Origin: an uncultured bacterium
GTDB taxonomy: Bacteria; Vulcanimicrobiota; JAJTBE01; CAZSLZ01
Assembly (NCBI GenBank): GCA_964607865.1
Contig: CAZSLZ010000003.1
Location: forward strand, 1-55,204
Direction: 5' to 3'
Length of the DNA: 55,204 nucleotides
Part shown: piece by piece, positions 31,831-41,267 of the stretch
Layout of the letters: every line of letters starts with the position of its first letter
Position numbering within the stretch: the stretch's first letter is position 1
Translations under genes and position numbers: made by a program
Notes under the pieces: model-generated
The model's database searches: none
What the model saw: only the letters and a program-made list of their open reading frames with translations
What the model was told of the DNA's origin: nothing

Positions 31831-32132
31831 ATTCTCAATTTTAAATGGGATTTTTCCATTATTAATTGGGCGTCATGCGAGGTTTTTCAGGTTGTGGCAA
31901 CCTAAAGGAATGCCGTCATGCGAGGTTTCGTAGAAACCGTGGCAATCTCAACTTAGATCGGGTTGGTTCTAAAGCCACTTACCTTGGGTTCGTGAGCACC
32001 AGGTTCTTTTTCATTTTCCACCCAGCGAAGATGCGAACAATATTTCTCCCATTCCAAATTGGGGCGAACGATATATTCCCCTATTCTTAATGGGGAGAGA
32101 TCGCCACGTCGCTTGGCGCTCCTAGCGATGAC
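31831..32132 (+). repeat. CGTC-tagged palindromic repeat element, copy E (most complete)
   Basis: Two tandem CGTCATGCGAGGTTT...GTGGCAA arms, central modules, and an inverted arm GAGATCGCCACGTCGCTTGGCGCTCCTAGCGATGAC. Confidence 0.88.
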
Positions 32133-32254
32133 AGAAACATTTAATTTATAGTTATGCGGATGCTCGTGCTGACGAATTCTGTGTAGATTTTATTTTTTTC
32201 TTTCAACAATTGTTGAAGTTTTTGGAAATCAGTATAAACCTGCATTAGAGATGC

Positions 32255-32290
32255 AAAAAAGAAAGAGCGGATGAAATCATCCGCTCTTTC
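32255..32290 (-). terminator. Rho-independent terminator of glutamate dehydrogenase gene
   Basis: GAAAGAGCGGATGA-AA-TCATCCGCTCTTTC preceded by an A-run on the + strand. Confidence 0.75.
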
Positions 32291-32312
32291 CGTTATAGGT
32301 AAGTTACTTCAA

Positions 32313-33569
32313 TTAAGGGAACAATCCTCTCTTCCTGATTGCGTTTGCTACTCGTTCTACTGCTATGGCATAGGCTGCTTCTCTTATTGATAAGTTCATT
32401 TTCCTTTTCACGTCTAGTATGTCGTTAAGTGCTTTGGTAATTACGATATTCAGTTCTTCGTTGACTCGTTTCTTGTTCCAGAAATAAGAAGAAAGGTCTT
32501 GAACCCATTCGAAGTAAGATACAATTACACCGCCGGCATTGGCTAAAAAGTCGGGAATTACAATCTGATTATTCTCAAGCAGAATTTTTTCAGCTGCCGG
32601 TGAAGTGGGGCCATTGGCGCCTTCCACTATTAACCTTGCTTTAATTTTATTTACATTATTGGTGGTGATTTGCTTTTCCAGAGCTGCTGGTATCAGAATA
32701 TCCACATCTTTTTCCAGAACTTCCATGCCATCGATATTTTTGGCGCCGGGAAAATCAATTACCTTACCGGTTTTTCCCACATGCTCAATTAATTTTTCAA
32801 TATCCAGGCCATTGAGATTTTCAATACCTCCGTAAACATCGGAAACTGCAACCACCTTTGCGCCTAATTTGTGCAGATAAAGGGCAGCTACAGAACCCAC
32901 ATTACCAAAACCCTGGACAGCAGCTGTTGACTTTGAGAGATCAATGCCGTGTGATTTTGCATATTCTTTGGTTACAAAAACCACACCACGGCCGGTTGCT
33001 TCTCTTCTTCCTTCGGAACCGCCCATGCTGACGGGCTTACCTGTTACCACACCCAGAGATGTGTTTCCCTGCATCATGCTGTAAGTATCCATCATCCATG
33101 CCATGTTATCTTCATTGGTGAAGACATCGGGGGCGGGGATATCGGTGCTGGGCCCGATGAACCGGATTATCTGGTAGGTATATCGCCGGGTGATTCTTTC
33201 CAGTTCCTTTTTGCTTAACTTGGTGGGGTCGCAGCGAACACCGCCCTTGGCGCCACCGTATGGAATGTTAACAACGGCACATTTCCAGGTCATCAGTGTG
33301 GCAAGGGCTCTTACCTCGTCAATATCCACCTGGGGGTGGAACCTGATTCCGCCTTTTGTGGGCCCTCTTGATTCGTTATGGCGAACCCGGTAACCGTCAA
33401 AAACCTGAATTGAACCATCGTCCATATGGATAGGTACCGAAACATGGACCTCGATGTTGGGTTTTCTCAACATCTGGTGGATACCCGAATCCAGCTCGAT
33501 AATCCTGGCAATGTTGTCAAGATCTTTCAATACGTTTTCATAAAAAGTTGGTTGTTTGTTTTGACTCAT
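32313..33569 (-). CDS. gdhA: Glutamate dehydrogenase (Glu/Leu/Phe/Val family)
   Basis: GPTKGGIRFHP, MTWKCA, GGAKGG, DIPAPDV, VQGFGNVG, EGANGP, NAGGVIVSYFEW. Confidence 0.93.
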   Translation of the reverse strand: MSQNKQPTFYENVLKDLDNIARIIELDSGIHQMLRKPNIEVHVSVPIHMDDGSIQVFDGYRVRHNESRGPTKGGIRFHPQVDIDEVRALATLMTWKCAVVNIPYGGAKGGVRCDPTKLSKKELERITRRYTYQIIRFIGPSTDIPAPDVFTNEDNMAWMMDTYSMMQGNTSLGVVTGKPVSMGGSEGRREATGRGVVFVTKEYAKSHGIDLSKSTAAVQGFGNVGSVAALYLHKLGAKVVAVSDVYGGIENLNGLDIEKLIEHVGKTGKVIDFPGAKNIDGMEVLEKDVDILIPAALEKQITTNNVNKIKARLIVEGANGPTSPAAEKILLENNQIVIPDFLANAGGVIVSYFEWVQDLSSYFWNKKRVNEELNIVITKALNDILDVKRKMNLSIREAAYAIAVERVANAIRKRGLFP

Positions 33570-33745
33570 CCTTGGGGATACTCCTTTCCTGATTTCCAAT
33601 TATTAATAACGAGTGAACTCGTTTCCTGCCGCTGAATTTAAAACGAGCCAAGTAATAACCCGACTCTCCCCTTGTATTTCCATGAAAAATAAAAATTACT
33701 TTAAGTTTGTTATATTTTTCACAATACTTTTCAAAAAAAATTTTT

Positions 33746-34765
33746 CTAGCTGAAATAATCACTTTCTTTATTTATTAAGGTTTCAATTAATTCCTTCAAC
33801 TTTCCCAAACCTTTTACTTCTTTTACTGTTTTTTTTGTTAAAGAAAGGGCAGGTTTTACATATTTCAAAAATTCGGGTTTTCCTGAATCTATACCCAGCT
33901 TTCCATAAGCGCCCAGCGCCTGCATGAGCCTTTGGAGCGCCACCTTGTTATATGTTTCGGTTGCTTTTTTCATATTGATTTTTAAATCTTCATTCCAACC
34001 AGGGTGACTTAAATAATAGCCCAGTAATTCGTCATGAACAGAATCGGGAAGCTCAACATAAGGATCTTTCAACAAAGATGCCAGATCGTAAAACCTTGAA
34101 CCCAGCCTGGCTGACTGAAAATCGATGACAGTGATTTTACCTGTCTTATCAAAAAGAATATTCTGAGATTGAAAATCGCGGTGGACAATAAACCTGGATT
34201 CAGAAACAAGTTCACCAGCCAGAAAGTCCAATTCACGGGTTAAAATCCCGTCTTCAATTACCCCTAACCCGAAAAACAAACCGGCGCATTTTTCTCTGAA
34301 ATAATCGCTTTCCCATCGATAATGATCAAAATTGAAAGGCCGGGCTTTAATATTGAAAGGGATTTCTTCAAAAGGAATGCTTTGTAACACAATCAGTTCA
34401 TCGATAACATTTTTATATATATCAATTACCGGTCCGGTTTTGTTTTCGAACAGCAAATTCAAGATATGGCTTTGCAGGTTTTTTTTGCCACCGTCTTCAT
34501 AAACGGCAACCATTTCTTTTCTGTCAAGAAAAAGACGGCGGGGGGCACTGAACTTTCTGGAAAATAAGAAATCACCCACCGATACATATTCTTTCAGCTC
34601 TTCTGGGGTGGAGAACTCCAGAAGAATAAAACTGCTACCCCCGGCTTCCAGCCTGTAAAACCTCCGGTCAGACCCTCCCTCTTTGATACGATGAGCCTGA
34701 AAATTCTTATCAGAGCCGGCCAACTGGATAATTATTTTTTTCCATAAAGTTTTTAGATTTTGCAT
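33746..34765 (-). CDS. Aminoglycoside phosphotransferase family kinase (AmgK-like anomeric MurNAc/GlcNAc kinase)
   Basis: GSDRRFYR, HRDFQSQNIL, IDFQSARLG, YDLASLL.DPY, QRLMQALGAY. Confidence 0.82.
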   Translation of the reverse strand: MQNLKTLWKKIIIQLAGSDKNFQAHRIKEGGSDRRFYRLEAGGSSFILLEFSTPEELKEYVSVGDFLFSRKFSAPRRLFLDRKEMVAVYEDGGKKNLQSHILNLLFENKTGPVIDIYKNVIDELIVLQSIPFEEIPFNIKARPFNFDHYRWESDYFREKCAGLFFGLGVIEDGILTRELDFLAGELVSESRFIVHRDFQSQNILFDKTGKITVIDFQSARLGSRFYDLASLLKDPYVELPDSVHDELLGYYLSHPGWNEDLKINMKKATETYNKVALQRLMQALGAYGKLGIDSGKPEFLKYVKPALSLTKKTVKEVKGLGKLKELIETLINKESDYFS

Positions 34766-34792
34766 TCTTTTCTTTAAGCCAAATCAGAAATA

Positions 34793-35857
34793 TTATACAT
34801 TAAAATTGATATGTACTATTTCTCCATCCTGAACCTGATAATTTTTGCCTTCCAGGCGCATTCTGCCCGCTTTCTTTACCTCGTTCATAGAGCCAAGCTC
34901 CAATAAATCCTCAGTTTTGACAACCTCGGCCTTTATAAACCCCCGCGCCAGATCGGTATGAATTGTTTCCGCAGCTTCCAGTGCAGAGCTTCCTTTCTTT
35001 ATTGTCCATGCCCGGTTTTCATCATCACCCACAGTGAAAAAAGTAATCTGATCCAGAAGGTTATATGTGGCTTTTATGATTTTATCCCGTCCCAGTTTGG
35101 AAATCCCGAATTCTGCCAGGAAATCATCCACCTCTTCAGGGTCCATCTGGGCAACTTCAGCTTCCAGGCTGGCGTCAATAACCAATATAGGCGAAGAATC
35201 ACCGGTTTCTTTCAATATTTTTTCTGATTGCTCAATTATTTTCTGAATTTTCTGTTCTTCCATACTCTCGGAAATATTAAAAACATAACAGGTGGGTTTA
35301 TCGGTGGTAAGGTTATAGTTGTTGGCCATGGCCTGTTCGCCGGGATCAAGATCCAGCCGTGCCACTATATTTTCCTGTTCCAGCAGAGTCTGCAGTTTCT
35401 GCAGAAATGTCATTTCTTTTTCCTTTTCCAGCCGGTTTTTTGCATTGACCCGCATATCCCGGTCCAGCCTTTCGATTCTTTTGGTAACAAAATCCAGGTC
35501 ATTCATAATAAGCTCGAACCTGAGTTTGTTCAACTCGTCAATTATTGCCAGTTCAGACATACACCGATAGGCGCCCACCACCAGAACCAGGGCGTCCATA
35601 ACTCTCAACCTGTCCACCAGGTTAATCCGCTGTTGCTTTATCTGGGTATCCAGAGGCGGAAAATCCTCGAAAACAGCTGTCGCATAGACTTTTCTGGGGG
35701 CATTATATAACTGGTGTAGCTTGTCCAGCCTGGCGTCGGGAATATTAACAATTCCGGTATCACCGCCGGTGCCCGGCGCTGACGGTTCCTTGCCGGTAAA
35801 AGATGAAAAAAGAGTGGATTTTCCTGCCTGGCCAAGGCCGATAATTCCTATATTCAT
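34793..35857 (-). CDS. YchF-like P-loop NTPase (DUF933/TGS C-terminal domain), divergent
   Basis: IGIIGL..AGKST, IPDARLDKL, ITFFTVG..E.RAWT, IHTDLARGFIKAEV, RLEGKNY.VQDG. Confidence 0.85.
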   Translation of the reverse strand: MNIGIIGLGQAGKSTLFSSFTGKEPSAPGTGGDTGIVNIPDARLDKLHQLYNAPRKVYATAVFEDFPPLDTQIKQQRINLVDRLRVMDALVLVVGAYRCMSELAIIDELNKLRFELIMNDLDFVTKRIERLDRDMRVNAKNRLEKEKEMTFLQKLQTLLEQENIVARLDLDPGEQAMANNYNLTTDKPTCYVFNISESMEEQKIQKIIEQSEKILKETGDSSPILVIDASLEAEVAQMDPEEVDDFLAEFGISKLGRDKIIKATYNLLDQITFFTVGDDENRAWTIKKGSSALEAAETIHTDLARGFIKAEVVKTEDLLELGSMNEVKKAGRMRLEGKNYQVQDGEIVHINFNV

Positions 35858-35869
35858 AATTGCTCCAAT

Positions 35870-37120
35870 CTATCTGCTTAAAATTATTTTTGCCTGGTTC
35901 GTGCTGTCTTCGGCGACCTTCAAACTGGCGATTATATCTCCATCGTTAAAAGCCGGTTTGTGTGCGGGGTTTTTAACGGCTTGAACAAAATCTTCCATGC
36001 ACTTTTTTATACACTCGCTGTAAAGGGGCATCTTGCCTTCTTCTATTCTGGTGGATAACCCGAAATTAAACCATTCTCCCTCAACACCGCTATAATGGCG
36101 AAGTTCAATATGAGGGCCCCATTTGACATCAATCTCTTCAACTTGCTCCTGGTCTTCAACTTCCACCACCTCGTCAGCTTCCATACAAATTTCCGGGAAT
36201 TCCATGGGCTGACTGTCCAGCTTTTCAAGAAAACCATCCACTGAAAGATCAGTATATTCGGGAAGAATATCGAACATAAGTCGATGGAAACGGGTGTATT
36301 CTTCGGGGGTAACCCATATTTCACCGGTGATGCTGGTTGGCATCCATTCATGCAGGGTGAGGTAACCTTTCCTGAAGGTAACCTGCAGGTAATTTCTTTC
36401 CACAATCGACATCTGGGTAAAACCATGATAATGGTCTCCGGGAATTCCTGCGGGATAAATCACAGTGCTGGCAACCCGTTTTTCCTGATCTGTATCGGCT
36501 TCCCTTATTACCAGGGATTGCGCAACTTCACCCCTGCCCAGAATCCAGTTCATAATGTCAAAGAAGTGAACCCCGTGTTCGATAAAAATTCCCCCGGAAA
36601 CCTTTCTGTCCCAGAACCAGTGTTCAGGTGGCAGGGGTTCATCCTGGGCATAATTTCTGAAAAGAAAAGAACTTACAGGCCCCAGAACCTTCGATTTTAC
36701 AATATCATTCAAAATTCTGAACATGGGGTTATACCTCATTACATAATTGCAAAAAACTTTCAGGTTCTTTTCCTTTGCGGTATCCAGAATTTTACGTGCC
36801 TGTTCTACGGAAACCGCCAGTGGTTTTTCACACATCACATGTTTACCCGCTCCCAGGGCCTGCATTGTCTGAGGATAATGAAGGCTGGGAGGGGTGGCAA
36901 TTACCATTATTTCAATATCGGGGTCAGCCAATGCATCCTCATAGCGGTCAAAAGTCTTTTCCGCACCGTATTTCTTTTCAAAAGCCCGGGTGCGATCCAG
37001 GCATATATCCATAAGTGAATGAACTTTCAAACCTTCAATATTCTGATATTGAGCCAGGGAAAAATCGGCGAAACCGCCGCAACCTACCAGGCACAAATTT
37101 AACGGCCTATCCTTACCCAT
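35870..37120 (-). CDS. Gfo/Idh/MocA family oxidoreductase
   Basis: VGCGGFA, IATPPSLH, GKHVMCEKPLA, SGGIFIEHGVHFFD. Confidence 0.92.
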   Translation of the reverse strand: MGKDRPLNLCLVGCGGFADFSLAQYQNIEGLKVHSLMDICLDRTRAFEKKYGAEKTFDRYEDALADPDIEIMVIATPPSLHYPQTMQALGAGKHVMCEKPLAVSVEQARKILDTAKEKNLKVFCNYVMRYNPMFRILNDIVKSKVLGPVSSFLFRNYAQDEPLPPEHWFWDRKVSGGIFIEHGVHFFDIMNWILGRGEVAQSLVIREADTDQEKRVASTVIYPAGIPGDHYHGFTQMSIVERNYLQVTFRKGYLTLHEWMPTSITGEIWVTPEEYTRFHRLMFDILPEYTDLSVDGFLEKLDSQPMEFPEICMEADEVVEVEDQEQVEEIDVKWGPHIELRHYSGVEGEWFNFGLSTRIEEGKMPLYSECIKKCMEDFVQAVKNPAHKPAFNDGDIIASLKVAEDSTNQAKIILSR

Positions 37121-37232
37121 CTTCTTCCTCCTGTAAAATCTGATAGTTTCCTGGTTTTTTCGTAAAATAAAAAAAATCCTCTAATTTTTGAGGATATCAT
37201 AATATAACTGTTAAATATTCAGGACTGTTTCA

Positions 37233-37709
37233 TCAATCGTCAATATAATGATCCATATCGGTACAGAAACCGGTCCCATTTCTGGTGGCATTCTTTCCGT
37301 TGCAGCTCTTCCAGCAGGGGCCCCGTCCCGAATGTCCGTCGGTCATTAATAAAACCAATTCTTCATGACAGTGTTCGTCTCCCCGGTGATAAATTCCCAT
37401 GTTGTTGCAGCATTCGGGATGATTATTAAAATCACAGGCTGCCCCATATCTTTCTCCATTGGTGGGGACTTCCCTGATATAATCGGGAACCAGCTCCGGC
37501 GGATTACTCGAATTAAAGCTAATCCCTCCGGGATGATCTGCGACACACATCATAATGGCGCTTCCAATTTCCTGCAGCTGGCTCATGCAGGAAGATAACT
37601 AAGCTCTCTGTTTTGCCCTTCTTATATTGGGCATAATAATAGCTGCTAATATTGATATAATAGCTATAACTATCATCAATTCTATTAGTGTGAACCCCTG
37701 TTTTTTCAT
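37233..37709 (-). pseudogene. Type IV prepilin-like gene interrupted by an in-frame TAG (codon 37); nonsense allele or readthrough
   Basis: Manual translation: MKKQG|FTLIELMIVIAIISILAAIIMPNIRRAKQRA-TAG(37599-37601)-LSSCMSQLQEIGSAIMM..., in frame with the 37233..37586 ORF. Confidence 0.85.
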
Positions 37710-37854
37710 AACCAAACCTTCGTCTTTTTACAATTATAACAATGATTCCGTCTTGAGTCAGTTTAAAATTTTAAAAGAAATGCGCCCGAAGGCTTTTGCA
37801 GGAAATAACCATTTATTTTTGAATTTTTTATAAAATAAGATTTTTTGAGGTTCT

Positions 37855-39837
37855 ATGGAAATTACATGTCCCCGTTGCGGGTATGAAAACGAAGAAGAGC
37901 AGGAATTCTGCAGCCAGTGTGAATTTCCCCTTGCCGAGGCGGCTTTGTTGGTTCATCATCGTTACCGGATGGCGCGCCCTTATGTTTTTTCCACTTTCAG
38001 GGCAGTTTATGAAGCTTACGATGTCAGGGATAACAACAAGCGTTACTCGGTAAGGGAATTTCTGCCCCTGATTACTCATTCCGGGGAAAAACTGTCTATC
38101 AGCAGCCAGTTTGAGATTTTAATGAACAAATACCAGGAAATGAGCCATCCCAACCTGGCAGGCATCGCCGATTATTTTATTGAGGGCAATTATTATTATA
38201 TTGTATATGATTTTGTAAATGGCAAATCGTTGGATAGATACATGAGCCGGCATAAAATAATGCATGGAAAGGGGTATCCCCCGGAGCTGGTTACCCACTG
38301 GGCGTTGCAGATGTGTGATTTGTTCAATTATTTTCATAGTTCCCTGGAAAATCCTGTCTATCTGGTGGATTTTCGTCCCCGGGGAGTGGTTTTTCGGCAG
38401 GAAGATGAAAGACTGGTCTTTATTGATATGGGCTTATCAAAGACCCTGTCTTTGCTGGGGCCTCATTATTTAATTACCGAGGACTTTCAGGCATTCAGAA
38501 AAGCTGGCGGAAAACTGGAAACAAAAGGCTGGGATCTTTTCTGCCTGGGTAATTTCATCTATTATCTTCTAACCGGTGTCGATTTGTTATCTTCGAGTAT
38601 AAAAAAATTCCCCGAGCCTGTGGTTATAAACCCCAAAATACCCGATAAGTTGAATCAGATTGTAATGAAAGCCCTGGGAGAAAACTTTGTTTCCGGTTAT
38701 GAAGATGTGGGGGAAATAATAGAGGATTTGCAGGGTTTGCCTACAATGCCCCTGAGCGCTTATGACTTTTATAAGGATTTTGTTGCCAGTAAATTTGCTG
38801 ACAAGGCAACAGAATGGAGAATGTTGCTGGGTAACCCCCACAGGACAGGCACGGTGGGCGAGGCGCCCAGGATTCCGGTAAAAGTTAAGTGGCTTTCAAA
38901 AATAAAACCTTCAAGTAAATATTTTATTTTTCCCTGTGACAATTACATTTATGCTCTTTCAAAAGAAGGTATGCTCTTCGGACTGGATCACCAGACCGGC
39001 CACCAGGGTTGGAAATTTTTTGTCTGTAACCAGATGGCTGCCGACGGTGTGGGAAGCTCAGGGGTTCTATACTATGCAACTCCACTCAATGAACTGGTAG
39101 CGGTGGAACACGGACAGGCCAACTTTTTATGGCGCCTTCAACTCGAAAGTTCATGCATGGCTTCACCTTTCTTATATGAAGATATGATTTTTGTCCCTTT
39201 ATATAATGGCTCTATCTATGCCGTGAATGCCGAGGATGGGAGCGTTCTTTCCCGGTATCGAATAGAAGGCAACATCCTGTCTTCCCTGGTAGTGGCAAAT
39301 AACACAATGTACATAGCATCTCTTAATAAAATGCTTTGCGCCATAGATATAGATACCGAGGAAACTTTATGGGAGTTTGAATCCGATGAGGGTTTTTCCG
39401 CATCTCCCACGGTAAATAACAACAGGCTTTTTATAGGAAGCCATGATGGCACATTGAGCGCAGTAGACCTTGAAATGGGGCAGATGTTGTGGAGCAGGAA
39501 TTTTAATGGCCCTATTACCCAATCTGCCAGGGCCACATCTTATATGATTTACCAGGTAACCAAAAACGGGCAGTTGATTGCCATTTCTCCTGACCGGGGG
39601 GACACTCTCTGGGAGTATGAGCTTGGCCCCACCCAGACCCAGCATCCCTTTGCCATTTCCAACAATATGCTTTTCGTCATGGATTCCAGAAACCAGTTGT
39701 TAACCATGGATGCTTTTACCGGAGAGGTGAAACACCGTATGAGAATGAGCCATGCTCCGGTTTCTCAGTTGATAATCGCCCATAAGAAGATATTTGTGGT
39801 TTCCGCCAGCGGCCATATGGTTGCTTTTGGGCGGTAG
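37855..39837 (+). CDS. Zinc ribbon + Ser/Thr kinase-like domain + PQQ/BamB-like beta-propeller protein
   Basis: CPRC...CSQC, HPNLA.I.DYF, YIVYDFVNG, FIDMG, DLFCLG, then repeated W.F/Y...ASP...A.D...G...W blades. Confidence 0.85.
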   Translation: MEITCPRCGYENEEEQEFCSQCEFPLAEAALLVHHRYRMARPYVFSTFRAVYEAYDVRDNNKRYSVREFLPLITHSGEKLSISSQFEILMNKYQEMSHPNLAGIADYFIEGNYYYIVYDFVNGKSLDRYMSRHKIMHGKGYPPELVTHWALQMCDLFNYFHSSLENPVYLVDFRPRGVVFRQEDERLVFIDMGLSKTLSLLGPHYLITEDFQAFRKAGGKLETKGWDLFCLGNFIYYLLTGVDLLSSSIKKFPEPVVINPKIPDKLNQIVMKALGENFVSGYEDVGEIIEDLQGLPTMPLSAYDFYKDFVASKFADKATEWRMLLGNPHRTGTVGEAPRIPVKVKWLSKIKPSSKYFIFPCDNYIYALSKEGMLFGLDHQTGHQGWKFFVCNQMAADGVGSSGVLYYATPLNELVAVEHGQANFLWRLQLESSCMASPFLYEDMIFVPLYNGSIYAVNAEDGSVLSRYRIEGNILSSLVVANNTMYIASLNKMLCAIDIDTEETLWEFESDEGFSASPTVNNNRLFIGSHDGTLSAVDLEMGQMLWSRNFNGPITQSARATSYMIYQVTKNGQLIAISPDRGDTLWEYELGPTQTQHPFAISNNMLFVMDSRNQLLTMDAFTGEVKHRMRMSHAPVSQLIIAHKKIFVVSASGHMVAFGR

Positions 39838-39951
39838 TATGGTTGCCAACCTGCAATGAACCATGGAAACCGTGCTGAATTAAGTTTAAAGGCTGGTAAT
39901 AAAGGGTTTCTGGTTCTTTCAAGTTTTATTTATTAAGGAATTTAAATTCTT

Positions 39952-39970
39952 TGTTAACATTTTGTTAACA
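39952..39970. promoter_or_regulatory. Tandem TGTTAACA boxes (11 bp period), putative transcription factor site
   Basis: TGTTAACA-TTT-TGTTAACA about 70 bp upstream of 40042. Confidence 0.5.
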
Positions 39971-40041
39971 ATTTCTTCTGTAAGATAAGATATAATAAAG
40001 TTAGTAAAAAGTAAATTTTCAACTATCAGGAGGTTTTCGAG

Positions 40042-41151
40042 ATGAAAAGAATTTTTATCGGATTGTTGATGCTGGCTCTGGTGTTCGGGCTGGTCACCCA
40101 GGCTTGGGCTGGTGTGTCAGAAAAACTGGAAAGCAAGACCATAAACGAGAATTATGAACATGTATATGATCATTATGAAGATGTTGTCCATCGAATCATT
40201 GCCGGTTATGCCAATAGAAAACTGGGGCATTTTGCCGGTAACGACTGGGACCAATTCCATTACTTCCAGGGAACCAATCATGGACGAAGTTGGAAAAATG
40301 CACTTACTGCTGAAGAAAGAACAACATTGAACAATCTCAAAAAAAGAGATTTCAGTAACGACAAGGTTTATTACCTGGATCTGACAACTATGACTGTAAA
40401 CACTGCAGATTTCAATTTTTATTCTGATTCAACCAAACCCACAATCTCTGAGGTTCAGGATAAATTCGAGCAGTTTTCTGATTTTGTGAATACCCAGTAT
40501 AAACTCAACAATAAAGATTCAAAAACCGAAACAAAAACTGAGAGGATTAACCCTTATTTAACCTACAACAGAACCGACACCTATACCCATAATTATTATG
40601 GTAAACACACCTTTGAACTGCTGCTTTATCTCTACGACGCATCACCCCTGGTACTGGATTTGGACCAGAACCGCAAAATTGATACTGCAAGAAATAGCTG
40701 GATGCCTCACGCCCCTAAATTCTATAAAGAATTTGCCCGTTATTTCGACATTACCGGCGACGGCGAGAGAGATTTAATCGAGTGGATGAGCACTGATCCT
40801 TCCGACGGTTTACTGGTTATGCCTGAAAACGGCAAGGTAGAAACCGCCCTTCAGCTGTTTGGAACCGCCGGAGGATATGCCGATGGCTATGAGAAATTAT
40901 CTATGGTTTGCGATACCGACAAAAACGGCTGGGTGGAAGGTGAAGAACTCGAAGGGCTTAAAATCTGGGTTGACAGCAACAATGATGCTGTTTCCCAGGA
41001 TTCAGAGTTATCCGAACTTTCCGATTATGGAATCACCAGGATTTCCACCAGCCATAAAGATTTCGTAAGCACCTACGAAACTGCCGATGGCAACCAGCAT
41101 ATGATGTGGGACTGGTGGCCATCAGTATTTGAAGTCAGAAAATTCCGATAG
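40042..41151 (+). CDS. Secreted protein with C-terminal Ca-binding (PLVLDLD / DxDxDG) domain
   Basis: Signal peptide ending AWA; SPLVLDLD, FDITGDG, DGLLV, QLFG, DTDKNG, IWVDSNND; AGGAGG RBS. Confidence 0.8.
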   Translation: MKRIFIGLLMLALVFGLVTQAWAGVSEKLESKTINENYEHVYDHYEDVVHRIIAGYANRKLGHFAGNDWDQFHYFQGTNHGRSWKNALTAEERTTLNNLKKRDFSNDKVYYLDLTTMTVNTADFNFYSDSTKPTISEVQDKFEQFSDFVNTQYKLNNKDSKTETKTERINPYLTYNRTDTYTHNYYGKHTFELLLYLYDASPLVLDLDQNRKIDTARNSWMPHAPKFYKEFARYFDITGDGERDLIEWMSTDPSDGLLVMPENGKVETALQLFGTAGGYADGYEKLSMVCDTDKNGWVEGEELEGLKIWVDSNNDAVSQDSELSELSDYGITRISTSHKDFVSTYETADGNQHMMWDWWPSVFEVRKFR

Positions 41152-41161
41152 TTAATTCACA

Positions 41162-41189
41162 GGGGGCTGTTTGAAGACAGCCCCTTTTT
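41162..41189 (+). terminator. Rho-independent terminator
   Basis: GGGGCTGT-TTGAAG-ACAGCCCC followed by a T run. Confidence 0.75.
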
Positions 41190-41267
41190 ATATTAAATAT
41201 TTGCCAGGCCTGAAAGGTTTTTTTTTTATAATATTTAATTTTTAACATAGACTGATTCGGAGGTAGT

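Noticed and set aside
31866-32090. Short ORFs with mutually similar sequence (also 22801..23001, 47334..47600, 47371..47556), e.g. GNLNLDRVGS..TYLG
   Set aside because: The similarity comes from the non-coding palindromic repeat; starts, stops and frames are not conserved.
37599-37601. Genome-wide stop-codon reassignment (TAG or TGA)
   Set aside because: Both codons end other genes here at plausible positions (for example TGA for mnmG, TAG for the acetate-CoA ligase), and no conserved gene contains them internally.
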